Shown: positions 49,852 to 57,926 of the stretch, piece by piece | Layout: each line of letters opens with the position of its first letter | Numbering within the stretch: the stretch's first letter is position 1 | IMG/VR virus record: IMGVR_UViG_3300004369_000015 | Span: 1 to 62,151 of that record | DNA: 62,151 bases | Reading direction: 5' to 3' (one strand) | Source of the DNA: a virus | Taxonomy: Duplodnaviria; Caudoviricetes | Made by a program: the position numbers and the translations under genes | The notes under the pieces: generated by a model | The model's input: only the letters and a program-made list of their open reading frames with translations | The model's database searches: none | Told to the model about the DNA's origin: nothing

Positions 49852-50925
49852 ATGTGTGTTATCATCATCAAACAAAAAGACAATGTAATCTCACGTGAGG
49901 TTGCGAAGACATCATCACAAATCAATCCTCACGGATTGGGAATCGTGTGGCTCGATACATTCGAGGTCGAGTATCACAAATCATCAGAGTACAAGCGACT
50001 CTTAACTGAGCGTCCATTCATTGCTCACTTCCGATATGCAACTGTCGGTAAGATTGGCAGAGAGAACACTCATCCATTCGTATGCGGTAGCAACAAGAAT
50101 GAACTGCTAATGATGAACGGAACTATCAAGGGCCTTGGCAACGACAAGGTGTGCGATAGCAAAGCATTGGCAATTAAGATTGGCAACACTCCACGTCACA
50201 CTTGGAAGTCACAACTCGAGAAGTATGAGTGTCGTTTCGTTACTATCAACAAGCGTAATCGCACATTCCAAATCTACAATCGAGACCTGTACACCTATCG
50301 TGATGGCGTGTGGTATTCAAAAGCAAACGTACTGCAAGACAACGTGGTAGCAGTGTATGGTACGTTGAAGAAAGGGTTCACAAACTATTACCACTACCTA
50401 ACCGACTCAAAGTTTGTCGGCTCGGGTACTACAAAAGATAAGTATCCCCTCTTGGTTGAGGGGTTACCTTATCTCGTAGACAAGAAAGGTATCGGACACA
50501 ACGTGAACGTTGACGTGTTCAAGGTTGATGACGCAACACTGCGTGACTTGGATTTACTCGAGGGTCATCCAAAATGGTACGTGCGCAGACAGATACCAAT
50601 CAAGATGAAGAACGGAGTGACTATTCCTTGTTGGATTTACTTTAATCCTATGCAGATAACCTCAGCGTCAGTATTCCACAAGTCATACGAGCGTACATTT
50701 AAATTGACAGACAAGGACTACGATGACAACTTGTGGTCAAACGATTGGGCTGAAGATTGTGGATGTGCGCAGTACGAACTCTTCGATACGGACTTTGAAT
50801 ACACGACAGATAAATACTGCATCGATTGTTTCCACGACTTGGCGCACGATGGATTCCACAACTACAACTGCAGTGGGTGTGGTAAATGGTATAGCGAAAC
50901 TGAAGTAGAACAATTAAACGACTAA
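49852..50925 (+). CDS. Class II glutamine amidotransferase fused to gamma-glutamylcyclotransferase, with C-terminal Zn ribbon
   Basis: Cys2, NPHGLG, HFRYAT, NTHPF, NG, DS; then VYGTLKKG and LDLLEG; CxxC..CxxC. Confidence 0.85.
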   Translation: MCVIIIKQKDNVISREVAKTSSQINPHGLGIVWLDTFEVEYHKSSEYKRLLTERPFIAHFRYATVGKIGRENTHPFVCGSNKNELLMMNGTIKGLGNDKVCDSKALAIKIGNTPRHTWKSQLEKYECRFVTINKRNRTFQIYNRDLYTYRDGVWYSKANVLQDNVVAVYGTLKKGFTNYYHYLTDSKFVGSGTTKDKYPLLVEGLPYLVDKKGIGHNVNVDVFKVDDATLRDLDLLEGHPKWYVRRQIPIKMKNGVTIPCWIYFNPMQITSASVFHKSYERTFKLTDKDYDDNLWSNDWAEDCGCAQYELFDTDFEYTTDKYCIDCFHDLAHDGFHNYNCSGCGKWYSETEVEQLND

Positions 50926-50943
50926 TCCTGTGGTCGGGGGGTG

Positions 50944-50959
50944 GTGTCCTCAAGGACAC
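50944..50959. repeat. 16-bp palindrome GTGTC-CTCAAG-GACAC
   Basis: Read directly. Confidence 0.92.
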
Positions 50960-50998
50960 TGCTCCCTTTTTAAAAACAAAAAATTAAATCTAAAAACT

Positions 50999-51313
50999 AT
51001 GGCTATTATTTTAAACAAAGACAACTTCGTTTGGTTAGATGTAACCGAATCAATGAAGTACGGAAACAAGAAACGTGAGGAACTTTGGTTGGCTCACGAA
51101 CTCTATGTACTACACGATGACGATAGTGATTCGTTATTGGAAAGTCACGATGAGATTGACGAGGCACTCAGCCTTGGACTACGTATCGTAATCGAGGGAG
51201 GCTACCTTCCCACAACGTACACAACCAAACCAAAATGGTGGTGGGCATCACACAAGATTCTCAAGGATGGGTATTGGTACGTGCGGTGGGCAGATGTAAA
51301 ATTAAAATGCTAA
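50999..51313 (+). CDS. Hypothetical protein
   Basis: ORF track, with the start moved to MAIIL. Confidence 0.65.
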   Translation: MAIILNKDNFVWLDVTESMKYGNKKREELWLAHELYVLHDDDSDSLLESHDEIDEALSLGLRIVIEGGYLPTTYTTKPKWWWASHKILKDGYWYVRWADVKLKC

Positions 51314-51318
51314 TACAC

Positions 51319-51349
51319 TTGCATATGTCTAAATTATGTATTAAGTTTG
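51319..51349 (+). promoter_or_regulatory. Early promoter TTG-N20-TAAGTTTG
   Basis: Bacteroidota consensus. Confidence 0.7.
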
Positions 51350-51370
51350 TTTATAATTAATTCAAATCCT

Positions 51371-51613
51371 ATGGCAACATTAATCAAAGTCGATGGCTCT
51401 CGTGAAGAGGATGTCGACATCAGCACACTGAAGAAGCAGCAAAAACTTGTCGGTGGGTACATCGAGTACGTTAACCTACACAATGGTCAGATGCTGATTG
51501 TAAACGAAGAAGGTCTCTTGATGCACCTTGAGTACAACTATGAAGCATCTGAATTGTATGGACATCCCATTGTAGGCGATGTCGTTTTGTGTAACCTTAA
51601 TGAAGTAAACTAA
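51371..51613 (+). CDS. DUF3846-like protein
   Basis: QKLVGGYIE...IVNEEGL...N..AS...IVGDV. Confidence 0.75.
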   Translation: MATLIKVDGSREEDVDISTLKKQQKLVGGYIEYVNLHNGQMLIVNEEGLLMHLEYNYEASELYGHPIVGDVVLCNLNEVN

Positions 51614-51614
51614 A

Positions 51615-51983
51615 ATGAGAACGATGAAAGCACTCTTGCGTGATGAGATTATCAAGGAGAAATTGGCATCACCACACAATGTAAAGTACATCCAACGTCT
51701 GCAACAGATGATGGACTACGACCACTACACTATCAAAGATTTTGTAGACACAGGTTTGATTATGACACGTGAAGAATTTGAAAAACTCTACGCACAATCT
51801 CCAAACCTACACAAGAAATGCACCGAGGTATCTCGGTATGTTGGTGGCCACTACATCCAACTCCTAAACGATGGCAACTTTCTCCTGAACTATTCAGGCG
51901 TGGGCCGTGGCAAACGCTCAAAAAATTTGGAGGTCGTTGAAGGATATCTATGGAACTCAATCAATCCAAGCGATGACAAGTAA
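51615..51983 (+). CDS. Hypothetical protein
   Basis: ORF track. Confidence 0.6.
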   Translation: MRTMKALLRDEIIKEKLASPHNVKYIQRLQQMMDYDHYTIKDFVDTGLIMTREEFEKLYAQSPNLHKKCTEVSRYVGGHYIQLLNDGNFLLNYSGVGRGKRSKNLEVVEGYLWNSINPSDDK

Positions 51984-52281
51984 AGAAAAAATAAAACAAG
52001 TAACCGACAAGGTATGCGCAATGCTTCAAGAGAAGAACGATGCGTATGGAAACTCAGCACTCAAACCAATCAACATCTTTAGTAAGGGTGATGCATCTGA
52101 TTCTCTACGTGCACGTATCGATGACAAGTTATCTCGCATCAAGAACCGAGGCATCAACGATGAGACAGAGGACACCTTGTTTGATTTATGCGGGTACTTA
52201 GTCCTGCTAATCTTGGCCGAGGAGGATAAAAAAAAGAGTGACCCCAACTTTGAATGGGTTACAAGTGTAACACAATATTGA
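51973..52281 (+). CDS. DUF1599 / nucleotide-modification-associated all-alpha NTP pyrophosphatase-like protein
   Basis: KNDAYGNS...RIDDKLSRI...DTLFDLCGY. Confidence 0.75.
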   Translation: MTSKEKIKQVTDKVCAMLQEKNDAYGNSALKPINIFSKGDASDSLRARIDDKLSRIKNRGINDETEDTLFDLCGYLVLLILAEEDKKKSDPNFEWVTSVTQY

Positions 52282-52289
52282 AATTTATT

Positions 52290-52517
52290 ATGGGAAAATC
52301 AAAAGAACTATTCAATCAACAAAGGGAATCTGAGATTCAGAACGACCCTTTCCTTGATGACGACTACCAATACAATCAGTGGAAGAAATCAAGAGAGCGT
52401 GACGTTGTGTCCTCAAGGACACTCGATGCGACAGAAGTATTAACAGACCTATTCAAATCATTCGGTGAGATATTCACTCACCCACAATTTAGAGAAGACA
52501 ATGCAAGTAAAGAATAA
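52290..52517 (+). CDS. Hypothetical protein (MGKSKELF)
   Basis: ORF track; contains the palindrome at 52407-52422. Confidence 0.6.
   Translation: MGKSKELFNQQRESEIQNDPFLDDDYQYNQWKKSRERDVVSSRTLDATEVLTDLFKSFGEIFTHPQFREDNASKE
52407..52422. repeat. 16-bp palindrome GTGTC-CTCAAG-GACAC (intragenic)
   Basis: Read directly. Confidence 0.9.
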
Positions 52518-52809
52518 TGCCTTCAATCAATACGTAGAACAGGTGACTGAACTATTTAACATAGACAAGGACACCCTGTTTACCAAGAGCAAACGAAGAG
52601 ATATCGTTGACGCACGTCATATGTTATACTACCTGTGTGCTATCAGACCTATGCGTGTGGTTTACATCCAAGAGTATATGGCAGACAATGGATACCATAT
52701 CAACCACTCATCTATTATCCACGGGATATCACAGGTGAGAGGGAAGATAACCACAGACAAGGACTACGATAGAGCACTTAAACAAATTCAGAAATGCGTT
52801 TTAGTTTGA
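52501..52809 (+). CDS. DnaA C-terminal (domain IV)-like DNA-binding protein
   Basis: KSKRRDIVDARHMLYYL...NHSSIIHG. Confidence 0.75.
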   Translation: MQVKNNAFNQYVEQVTELFNIDKDTLFTKSKRRDIVDARHMLYYLCAIRPMRVVYIQEYMADNGYHINHSSIIHGISQVRGKITTDKDYDRALKQIQKCVLV

Positions 52810-53198
52810 TGGACGTATACCAACAAGCGGTTGATGATTCATTCGCAGTGAACTTAAAGGGTAGGGGTTACAACTCTTTCTCTTTATACGGAGTGAAGAT
52901 TGTAATGGACTACGAAACAAAAGAGGTAGCACTATACAATATGAATAGTGGCGGTCTATACTACGACAAACTATCCGAAGACGAGACGAATAATTTTTTA
53001 GAGAATGGTTGGAGATACGGAGTGTATGTTATATCTTTGTCTAACTATCGTACAAAACTCGACAGATTAGAATTAAAAATCAGGGACGAGGTTAACAATA
53101 GGAACAGAGTCAAAGAGGTACAAGCAATGCGTGACCTTCGAGACATCATACTTAGAAAGTATTCTGAAATCACAAACAAGTTAAATCAATTAAATTAA
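52794..53198 (+). CDS. Hypothetical protein
   Basis: ORF track. Confidence 0.6.
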   Translation: MRFSLMDVYQQAVDDSFAVNLKGRGYNSFSLYGVKIVMDYETKEVALYNMNSGGLYYDKLSEDETNNFLENGWRYGVYVISLSNYRTKLDRLELKIRDEVNNRNRVKEVQAMRDLRDIILRKYSEITNKLNQLN

Positions 53199-53203
53199 AT
53201 CAA

Positions 53204-53860
53204 ATGGCAAATCAAAAATCCGTATTTGAAACGTTGAGCGCAATCAACGTGAACGACAAAGTCGAAAAGAAAAACAACCTTACGTACCTGTCTTGGGCTT
53301 GGGCGTGGGGTGAAGTTAAGAAGAACTATCCTGATGCAACCTACGAGGTAATCAACGACCCTGCGTCAGGCACTCCTTACTTCTTTGACCAAGCACTTGG
53401 CTACTTGGTAATGACATCAGTAACTATCCAAGGTCAGACACTACCAATGTGGTTGCCTGTTATGGATGGTGCGAACAATGCAATGAAGCACGTTCCTTCT
53501 GAGATTGTAACTCGCTATGGCTCTAAGCCTGTGGCTGCTGCTACAATGTTCGATATCAACAAGACGTTGATGCGTTGTCTCACTAAGAACCTTGCGATGT
53601 TTGGTCTTGGTCACTACATCTATGCAGGTGATGACCTACCCGAGGTAGGCGAGGCAGTTCAGGTAACTCCCGCAAAGAAAACTCAACAAGAGGAAGCGTC
53701 ACTCAAGCCACTAAAGGTAGGCGATGAGAATTGGGGGCCGATTGAGAAGTGGGTTATCGAGAACAAAGAGATTGGCATCAAGCGTATCGTTGATACAATC
53801 GAGCGTAAGTACAAGGTGACTACTACGGTTAAGAACAAGATTCAAACTCTAATCAAGTAA
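53204..53860 (+). CDS. Sak3/DUF1071 Rad52-like single-strand annealing protein
   Basis: LTYLSWAWAW, MWLPVMD, INKTLMRCLTKNLAMFGLG. Confidence 0.85.
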   Translation: MANQKSVFETLSAINVNDKVEKKNNLTYLSWAWAWGEVKKNYPDATYEVINDPASGTPYFFDQALGYLVMTSVTIQGQTLPMWLPVMDGANNAMKHVPSEIVTRYGSKPVAAATMFDINKTLMRCLTKNLAMFGLGHYIYAGDDLPEVGEAVQVTPAKKTQQEEASLKPLKVGDENWGPIEKWVIENKEIGIKRIVDTIERKYKVTTTVKNKIQTLIK

Positions 53861-53863
53861 GTT

Positions 53864-54598
53864 ATGGAAGACGTAATCAAAATGCTCCAAGATGATGAGC
53901 ACTACTATGGTACGTTTGGTAATCAGTACCTAAGCAACTCAGACATCTCTGCACTCTTGAACAATCCAAAGATGTTCCGTGTGCCCGAGTCGGGTGACAA
54001 CCTTGCGTATGCAAAGGGACGTTACTTCCACCAACTAATCCTCGAGCCTGAGAAGGCAGAGCAAACTCAGTTCGTTGATGTATCAACTCGCACAACTAAA
54101 GCGTACAAGCAGTACATCGATGACAACGGGATTGACTTCTGCCTGTTGGAGAAAGAGGGAGAAGAGATTCGCCAACTCGTTACGGGTATGCTGAATAACT
54201 TTGACTTCCACGATAACATCAGAGCGACAGGTGTTCAGTACGAAGTACCATCTATCAAAGAGATTGAAGGTGTAATGTGGAAGGGTAAGGCCGACATCAT
54301 TCATCCTGAAATGATTATCGACCTGAAGACAACGGGTAACATCAATGACTTCAAGTGGTCTGCACGTAAGTACAACTACGATAGTCAGTGCTATATCTAC
54401 CAACAACTATTCGGTAAGCCATTAGTATTCTATGTGGTTGACAAGTCGACAGGTATGTTGGGTATGTTTAAACCCACTGAAGAATTTGTTCAGCGTGGAC
54501 ACGAGAAAGTAAAACGTGCCGTTGAGGTATACCATACTTTCTTTGGAGAAGCACCGACTAAAGATGTCAGGTCATACTACATAGATGAATCTCTTTAA
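53864..54598 (+). CDS. RecE/exonuclease VIII-like PD-(D/E)XK exonuclease
   Basis: LSNS, G..FH..ILEP, KGKAD, IDLKTT, Y..Q..IY. Confidence 0.85.
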   Translation: MEDVIKMLQDDEHYYGTFGNQYLSNSDISALLNNPKMFRVPESGDNLAYAKGRYFHQLILEPEKAEQTQFVDVSTRTTKAYKQYIDDNGIDFCLLEKEGEEIRQLVTGMLNNFDFHDNIRATGVQYEVPSIKEIEGVMWKGKADIIHPEMIIDLKTTGNINDFKWSARKYNYDSQCYIYQQLFGKPLVFYVVDKSTGMLGMFKPTEEFVQRGHEKVKRAVEVYHTFFGEAPTKDVRSYYIDESL

Positions 54599-54752
54599 GA
54601 AGTTTAAAAGGTCAGTGTCTTTGAGGACACAAAGTGAAAAGAATCGTGTGATGTGGTTGCCTGTTCCAATGAACTGCAAATCACGAGAGGATAAGATGAA
54701 TATAATCCTAAATACAATGGAAATATTGGAACACAAAATCAAAGTAAAATAA
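54585..54752 (+). CDS. Small hypothetical protein (55 aa)
   Basis: Translated by hand; fills the gap; contains the palindrome at 54615-54630. Confidence 0.55.
   Translation: MNLFKKFKRSVSLRTQSEKNRVMWLPVPMNCKSREDKMNIILNTMEILEHKIKVK
54615..54630. repeat. 16-bp palindrome GTGTC-TTTGAG-GACAC
   Basis: Read directly. Confidence 0.9.
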
Positions 54753-54753
54753 T

Positions 54754-55050
54754 ATGCAACAAGAAAAAATCTTCGCAGACGGCTTCTCTTTCAAGAGAAA
54801 TGAGAAAGCCCCACAGTTCGTAATCGGACGTATGAGTGTTAAGGTAGATGATGCCATCACCTTTTTAAAATCCAACGCAAGTAATGGTTGGGTTAACATC
54901 GATGTGAAACAAGCACAGGGTGGTAACTTCTATTGTGAATTGGATACTTGGAAACCAAATTCAAATGGTGGCCAACAGGCACAAGCACAATCTAAACCTG
55001 CACCTGCACCTGTGGCATCACAGGAAGAAGAAGATGAACTACCATTCTAA
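54754..55050 (+). CDS. Single-stranded DNA-binding protein-like
   Basis: Acidic EEEDELPF tail; next to Sak and the exonuclease. Confidence 0.7.
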   Translation: MQQEKIFADGFSFKRNEKAPQFVIGRMSVKVDDAITFLKSNASNGWVNIDVKQAQGGNFYCELDTWKPNSNGGQQAQAQSKPAPAPVASQEEEDELPF

Positions 55051-55070
55051 GTTCATCCTATTTAAGTACC

Positions 55071-55098
55071 AAGAGGGGGGATTTGTTCCCCCCTTTTT
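55071..55098 (+). terminator. Rho-independent terminator
   Basis: GGGGGA-TTTGT-TCCCCC followed by T6. Confidence 0.8.
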
Positions 55099-55134
55099 TG
55101 GCACTCAACTATGTTTATTGTCAACAAAATGTGT

Positions 55135-55262
55135 GTATATATACTTATTTATATTATATTTATATCCTTTTTCTCTATAATACATATAATAAAATTGACA
55201 TTATCGACACTACTACTGAAAATCAATGAGTTACAAAAATCAAATCAACATTAAATCAACAC
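55135..55262. promoter_or_regulatory. Origin-like element 2: AT-rich tract, GACA/TCAACA repeats, IHF-consensus site at 55221-55233
   Basis: Directly upstream of the primase-helicase; shares GACATTATCGACA with element 1. Confidence 0.5.
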
Positions 55263-55266
55263 AAGA

Positions 55267-57684
55267 ATGACATTCGATGTAACAATCTTCAAGAATATCA
55301 AGGAAACAGAGACACCATTCTACCGAGATGTAGATGTAATCCTTGAGAGAATAAAAAACGGAGCGTCAAAGGATACAATCAAGCGCATACGTACAGAGAA
55401 TAATAAAACCGAGCGCAACGAATTGAAGAAGCGGTTACCTGCCATCTGCTTTAGTGGTAGGTTCACAAAACGCACAGACCAATCGTTGATGGAGCATAGC
55501 GGTCTTATCTGTTTGGACTTCGATGGGTATACAAAGAAGAAGGAACTACTATCAGACAAGGACACGCTGACCAAGAACAAGTTTGTTTATTCAGTATTCA
55601 TCTCGCCATCAGGCAATGGCCTGAAGGTATTGGTTAAGATACCTGCTGACGCAGACAACCACGTCAACTACTTCAACTCTCTTGAGAAGCACTTTGATTC
55701 TCCGTACTTCGACAAGATGTGTAAGAACGTATCACGTGTGTGCTATGAATCATACGACCCACTCATCTACGTAAATAAGAACTCATCTGTATGGGATAAG
55801 ATTGATGAGCCTGAGTATGTGGAGGTGGATGCACATCGTGACCCGCCAACTATTCCTATCACAGATGAGAACAAGATTGTAGATATCCTTGTGAAGTGGT
55901 GGGTGAAGAAGTACCCAATGGTTGAGGGCCAACGCAACCACAATGTGTACGTACTTGCGATGGCATTCAATGAGTATGGTGTAAACAAATCCTTGGCAGG
56001 GTATGTGCTAAACCAATACGCCACACAGGACTTCACACTGCGTGAGATTCAAACCACAATAAATTCAGCCTACGCCCAACCACAGAAGTTTGGTACAAAG
56101 TATTACGAGGACGAAGACAAACTGAATCAAATCAAAACCAAACTAAAAAGAGGCGTATCAAAAAAAGAAGTACGTCACCAATTAGAAGAGTCGAACTTGG
56201 ATGGCGATACAATCGAAGCGGTACTTACTCGTATCGAGAAGGAGAACTCGACTCAAACATTTTGGGAGAAGAGCGAGAAGGGAGTAATCAAAATCGTTCA
56301 CATCTTATTCAAGCAGTTCCTTGAGGACAATGGATTCTATAAGTATTGTCCTGAGGGTAGTAAGAACTACGTGTTTGTTAAGGTCACTAACAATCTAATC
56401 GACCACACATCAGAGAAAGAAATCAAGGACTTCATCCTTAACCACCTGATTGAATTGGATGACCTCAGCATCTACAACTACTTTGCTGACAACGTGCGCT
56501 ACTTCCGTGAGGAATTTCTTACGCTACTATCTACCATAGATATCTACTTCATTGAAGATAACAAGGACACATCATACCTGTACTACCGTAACTGTGCAGT
56601 TAAGATATCTAACGATGAGATAGAACCAATCGACTACCTTGACCTTGGCGGTTACGTTTGGAAAGACCACGTCATCGATAGGAAGTTTACCATCTGTGAT
56701 GTGGATGATTGTATGTATCAGAAGTTTATCTCACGCATCTGCGGTGATGATGAGAACCGAGTGATGACTATGGAATCTACGATTGGCTTTATGATGCACG
56801 GATACAAGAACCTATCGTACTGCCCTGCAGTAATCCTAAACGATGAGGTAATCAGCGACAACCCTGAGGGTGGAACAGGTAAGGGATTGTTTATGAACGC
56901 CCTATCTCAGATGAAGAAACTCGTAGTGATTGATGGTAAGGCGTTTGCTTTTGAGAAGTCATTCCCATACCAACTTGTATCAGCAGACACGCAGATACTT
57001 TGCTTTGATGACGTGAAGAAACACTTTGACTTCGAGCGTCTATTCTCTGTAGTAACAGAGGGCCTGACGTTGGAGAAGAAGAACAAGGACGCTATCAAGA
57101 TACCATTCAGCAAGTCACCGAAGATTGCCATCACTACCAACTACGCTATCAAGGGAAGCGGTAACTCTTTCGCAAGACGTAAGTGGGAGATTGAATTGCA
57201 TCAGCACTACAATAAGAACTACACTCCTCTTGATGAATTTGGTAAGCACTTCTTTGCAGATTGGAACGATGAGGATTGGTGTCAGTTCGATAACTATATG
57301 GTGCAGTGTCTTCAAGGATACTTGAATACAGGATTGGTTAAGAGTAAGTTCGTCAACCTGAAGATTCGTCAACTCTCAGCCGAGACATCTCACGACTTCA
57401 TCGAATGGTGTGGTCTAACAGATGGCAACCAACGCAATGACAACTTAGACATTGGGCCTAAACTTATGAAGCAGGACTTGTACTACTCATTCATTGAGGA
57501 GTATCCTGACTACGGGCCAAAGGCTAAGATGACTATCAGTCGCACACGTTTCTATAAGTGGCTTGTATCATACGCACTATATGTAACAGGAGTACAACCC
57601 GAGGAGGGACGTGACCCTGCAGGAAGATGGATGCGTATCCGACATAAGCACGAACTCGAGACACAAAGCCAAATTAATCTATGA
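55267..57684 (+). CDS. Primase-helicase (BT4734/VirE-N-like, PriCT, P-loop helicase)
   Basis: LICLDFD, SPSGNGLK, GQRN, GGTGKG Walker A, CFDD Walker B, ITTN. Confidence 0.85.
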   Translation: MTFDVTIFKNIKETETPFYRDVDVILERIKNGASKDTIKRIRTENNKTERNELKKRLPAICFSGRFTKRTDQSLMEHSGLICLDFDGYTKKKELLSDKDTLTKNKFVYSVFISPSGNGLKVLVKIPADADNHVNYFNSLEKHFDSPYFDKMCKNVSRVCYESYDPLIYVNKNSSVWDKIDEPEYVEVDAHRDPPTIPITDENKIVDILVKWWVKKYPMVEGQRNHNVYVLAMAFNEYGVNKSLAGYVLNQYATQDFTLREIQTTINSAYAQPQKFGTKYYEDEDKLNQIKTKLKRGVSKKEVRHQLEESNLDGDTIEAVLTRIEKENSTQTFWEKSEKGVIKIVHILFKQFLEDNGFYKYCPEGSKNYVFVKVTNNLIDHTSEKEIKDFILNHLIELDDLSIYNYFADNVRYFREEFLTLLSTIDIYFIEDNKDTSYLYYRNCAVKISNDEIEPIDYLDLGGYVWKDHVIDRKFTICDVDDCMYQKFISRICGDDENRVMTMESTIGFMMHGYKNLSYCPAVILNDEVISDNPEGGTGKGLFMNALSQMKKLVVIDGKAFAFEKSFPYQLVSADTQILCFDDVKKHFDFERLFSVVTEGLTLEKKNKDAIKIPFSKSPKIAITTNYAIKGSGNSFARRKWEIELHQHYNKNYTPLDEFGKHFFADWNDEDWCQFDNYMVQCLQGYLNTGLVKSKFVNLKIRQLSAETSHDFIEWCGLTDGNQRNDNLDIGPKLMKQDLYYSFIEEYPDYGPKAKMTISRTRFYKWLVSYALYVTGVQPEEGRDPAGRWMRIRHKHELETQSQINL
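57306..57321. repeat. One-mismatch palindrome GTGTC-TTCAAG-GATAC
   Basis: Read directly. Confidence 0.7.
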
Positions 57685-57926
57685 TGTATAGCGAGAGAGA
57701 AGTGTTAGACATAGCAATGAGAAACTCATACGAGGTGCTTGTCAACGGAATCGATGAGGGTGACTTTGACCTTTCAGAGTTCATCTTCTTTGCACACAAC
57801 CCCGGCAGTCGGTTCAAGAAAAAAGAAATAGAGGGTATGTTAATTTACTTTACTGAAATAGAGGAGTACGAAAAATGTATCAAATTAAAAGAGAAGTTAG
57901 ACCTGAGGGAATATTCCCGAGGTTAG
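57681..57926 (+). CDS. Hypothetical protein with UVR-like EEYEKC motif
   Basis: ORF track. Confidence 0.6.
   Translation: MMYSEREVLDIAMRNSYEVLVNGIDEGDFDLSEFIFFAHNPGSRFKKKEIEGMLIYFTEIEEYEKCIKLKEKLDLREYSRG

Noticed and set aside
45871-52422. Palindrome series as a CRISPR array
   Set aside because: Spacing is 0.46-1.5 kb and irregular, the intervals are genes, the repeat is only 16 bp, and no cas genes were seen.
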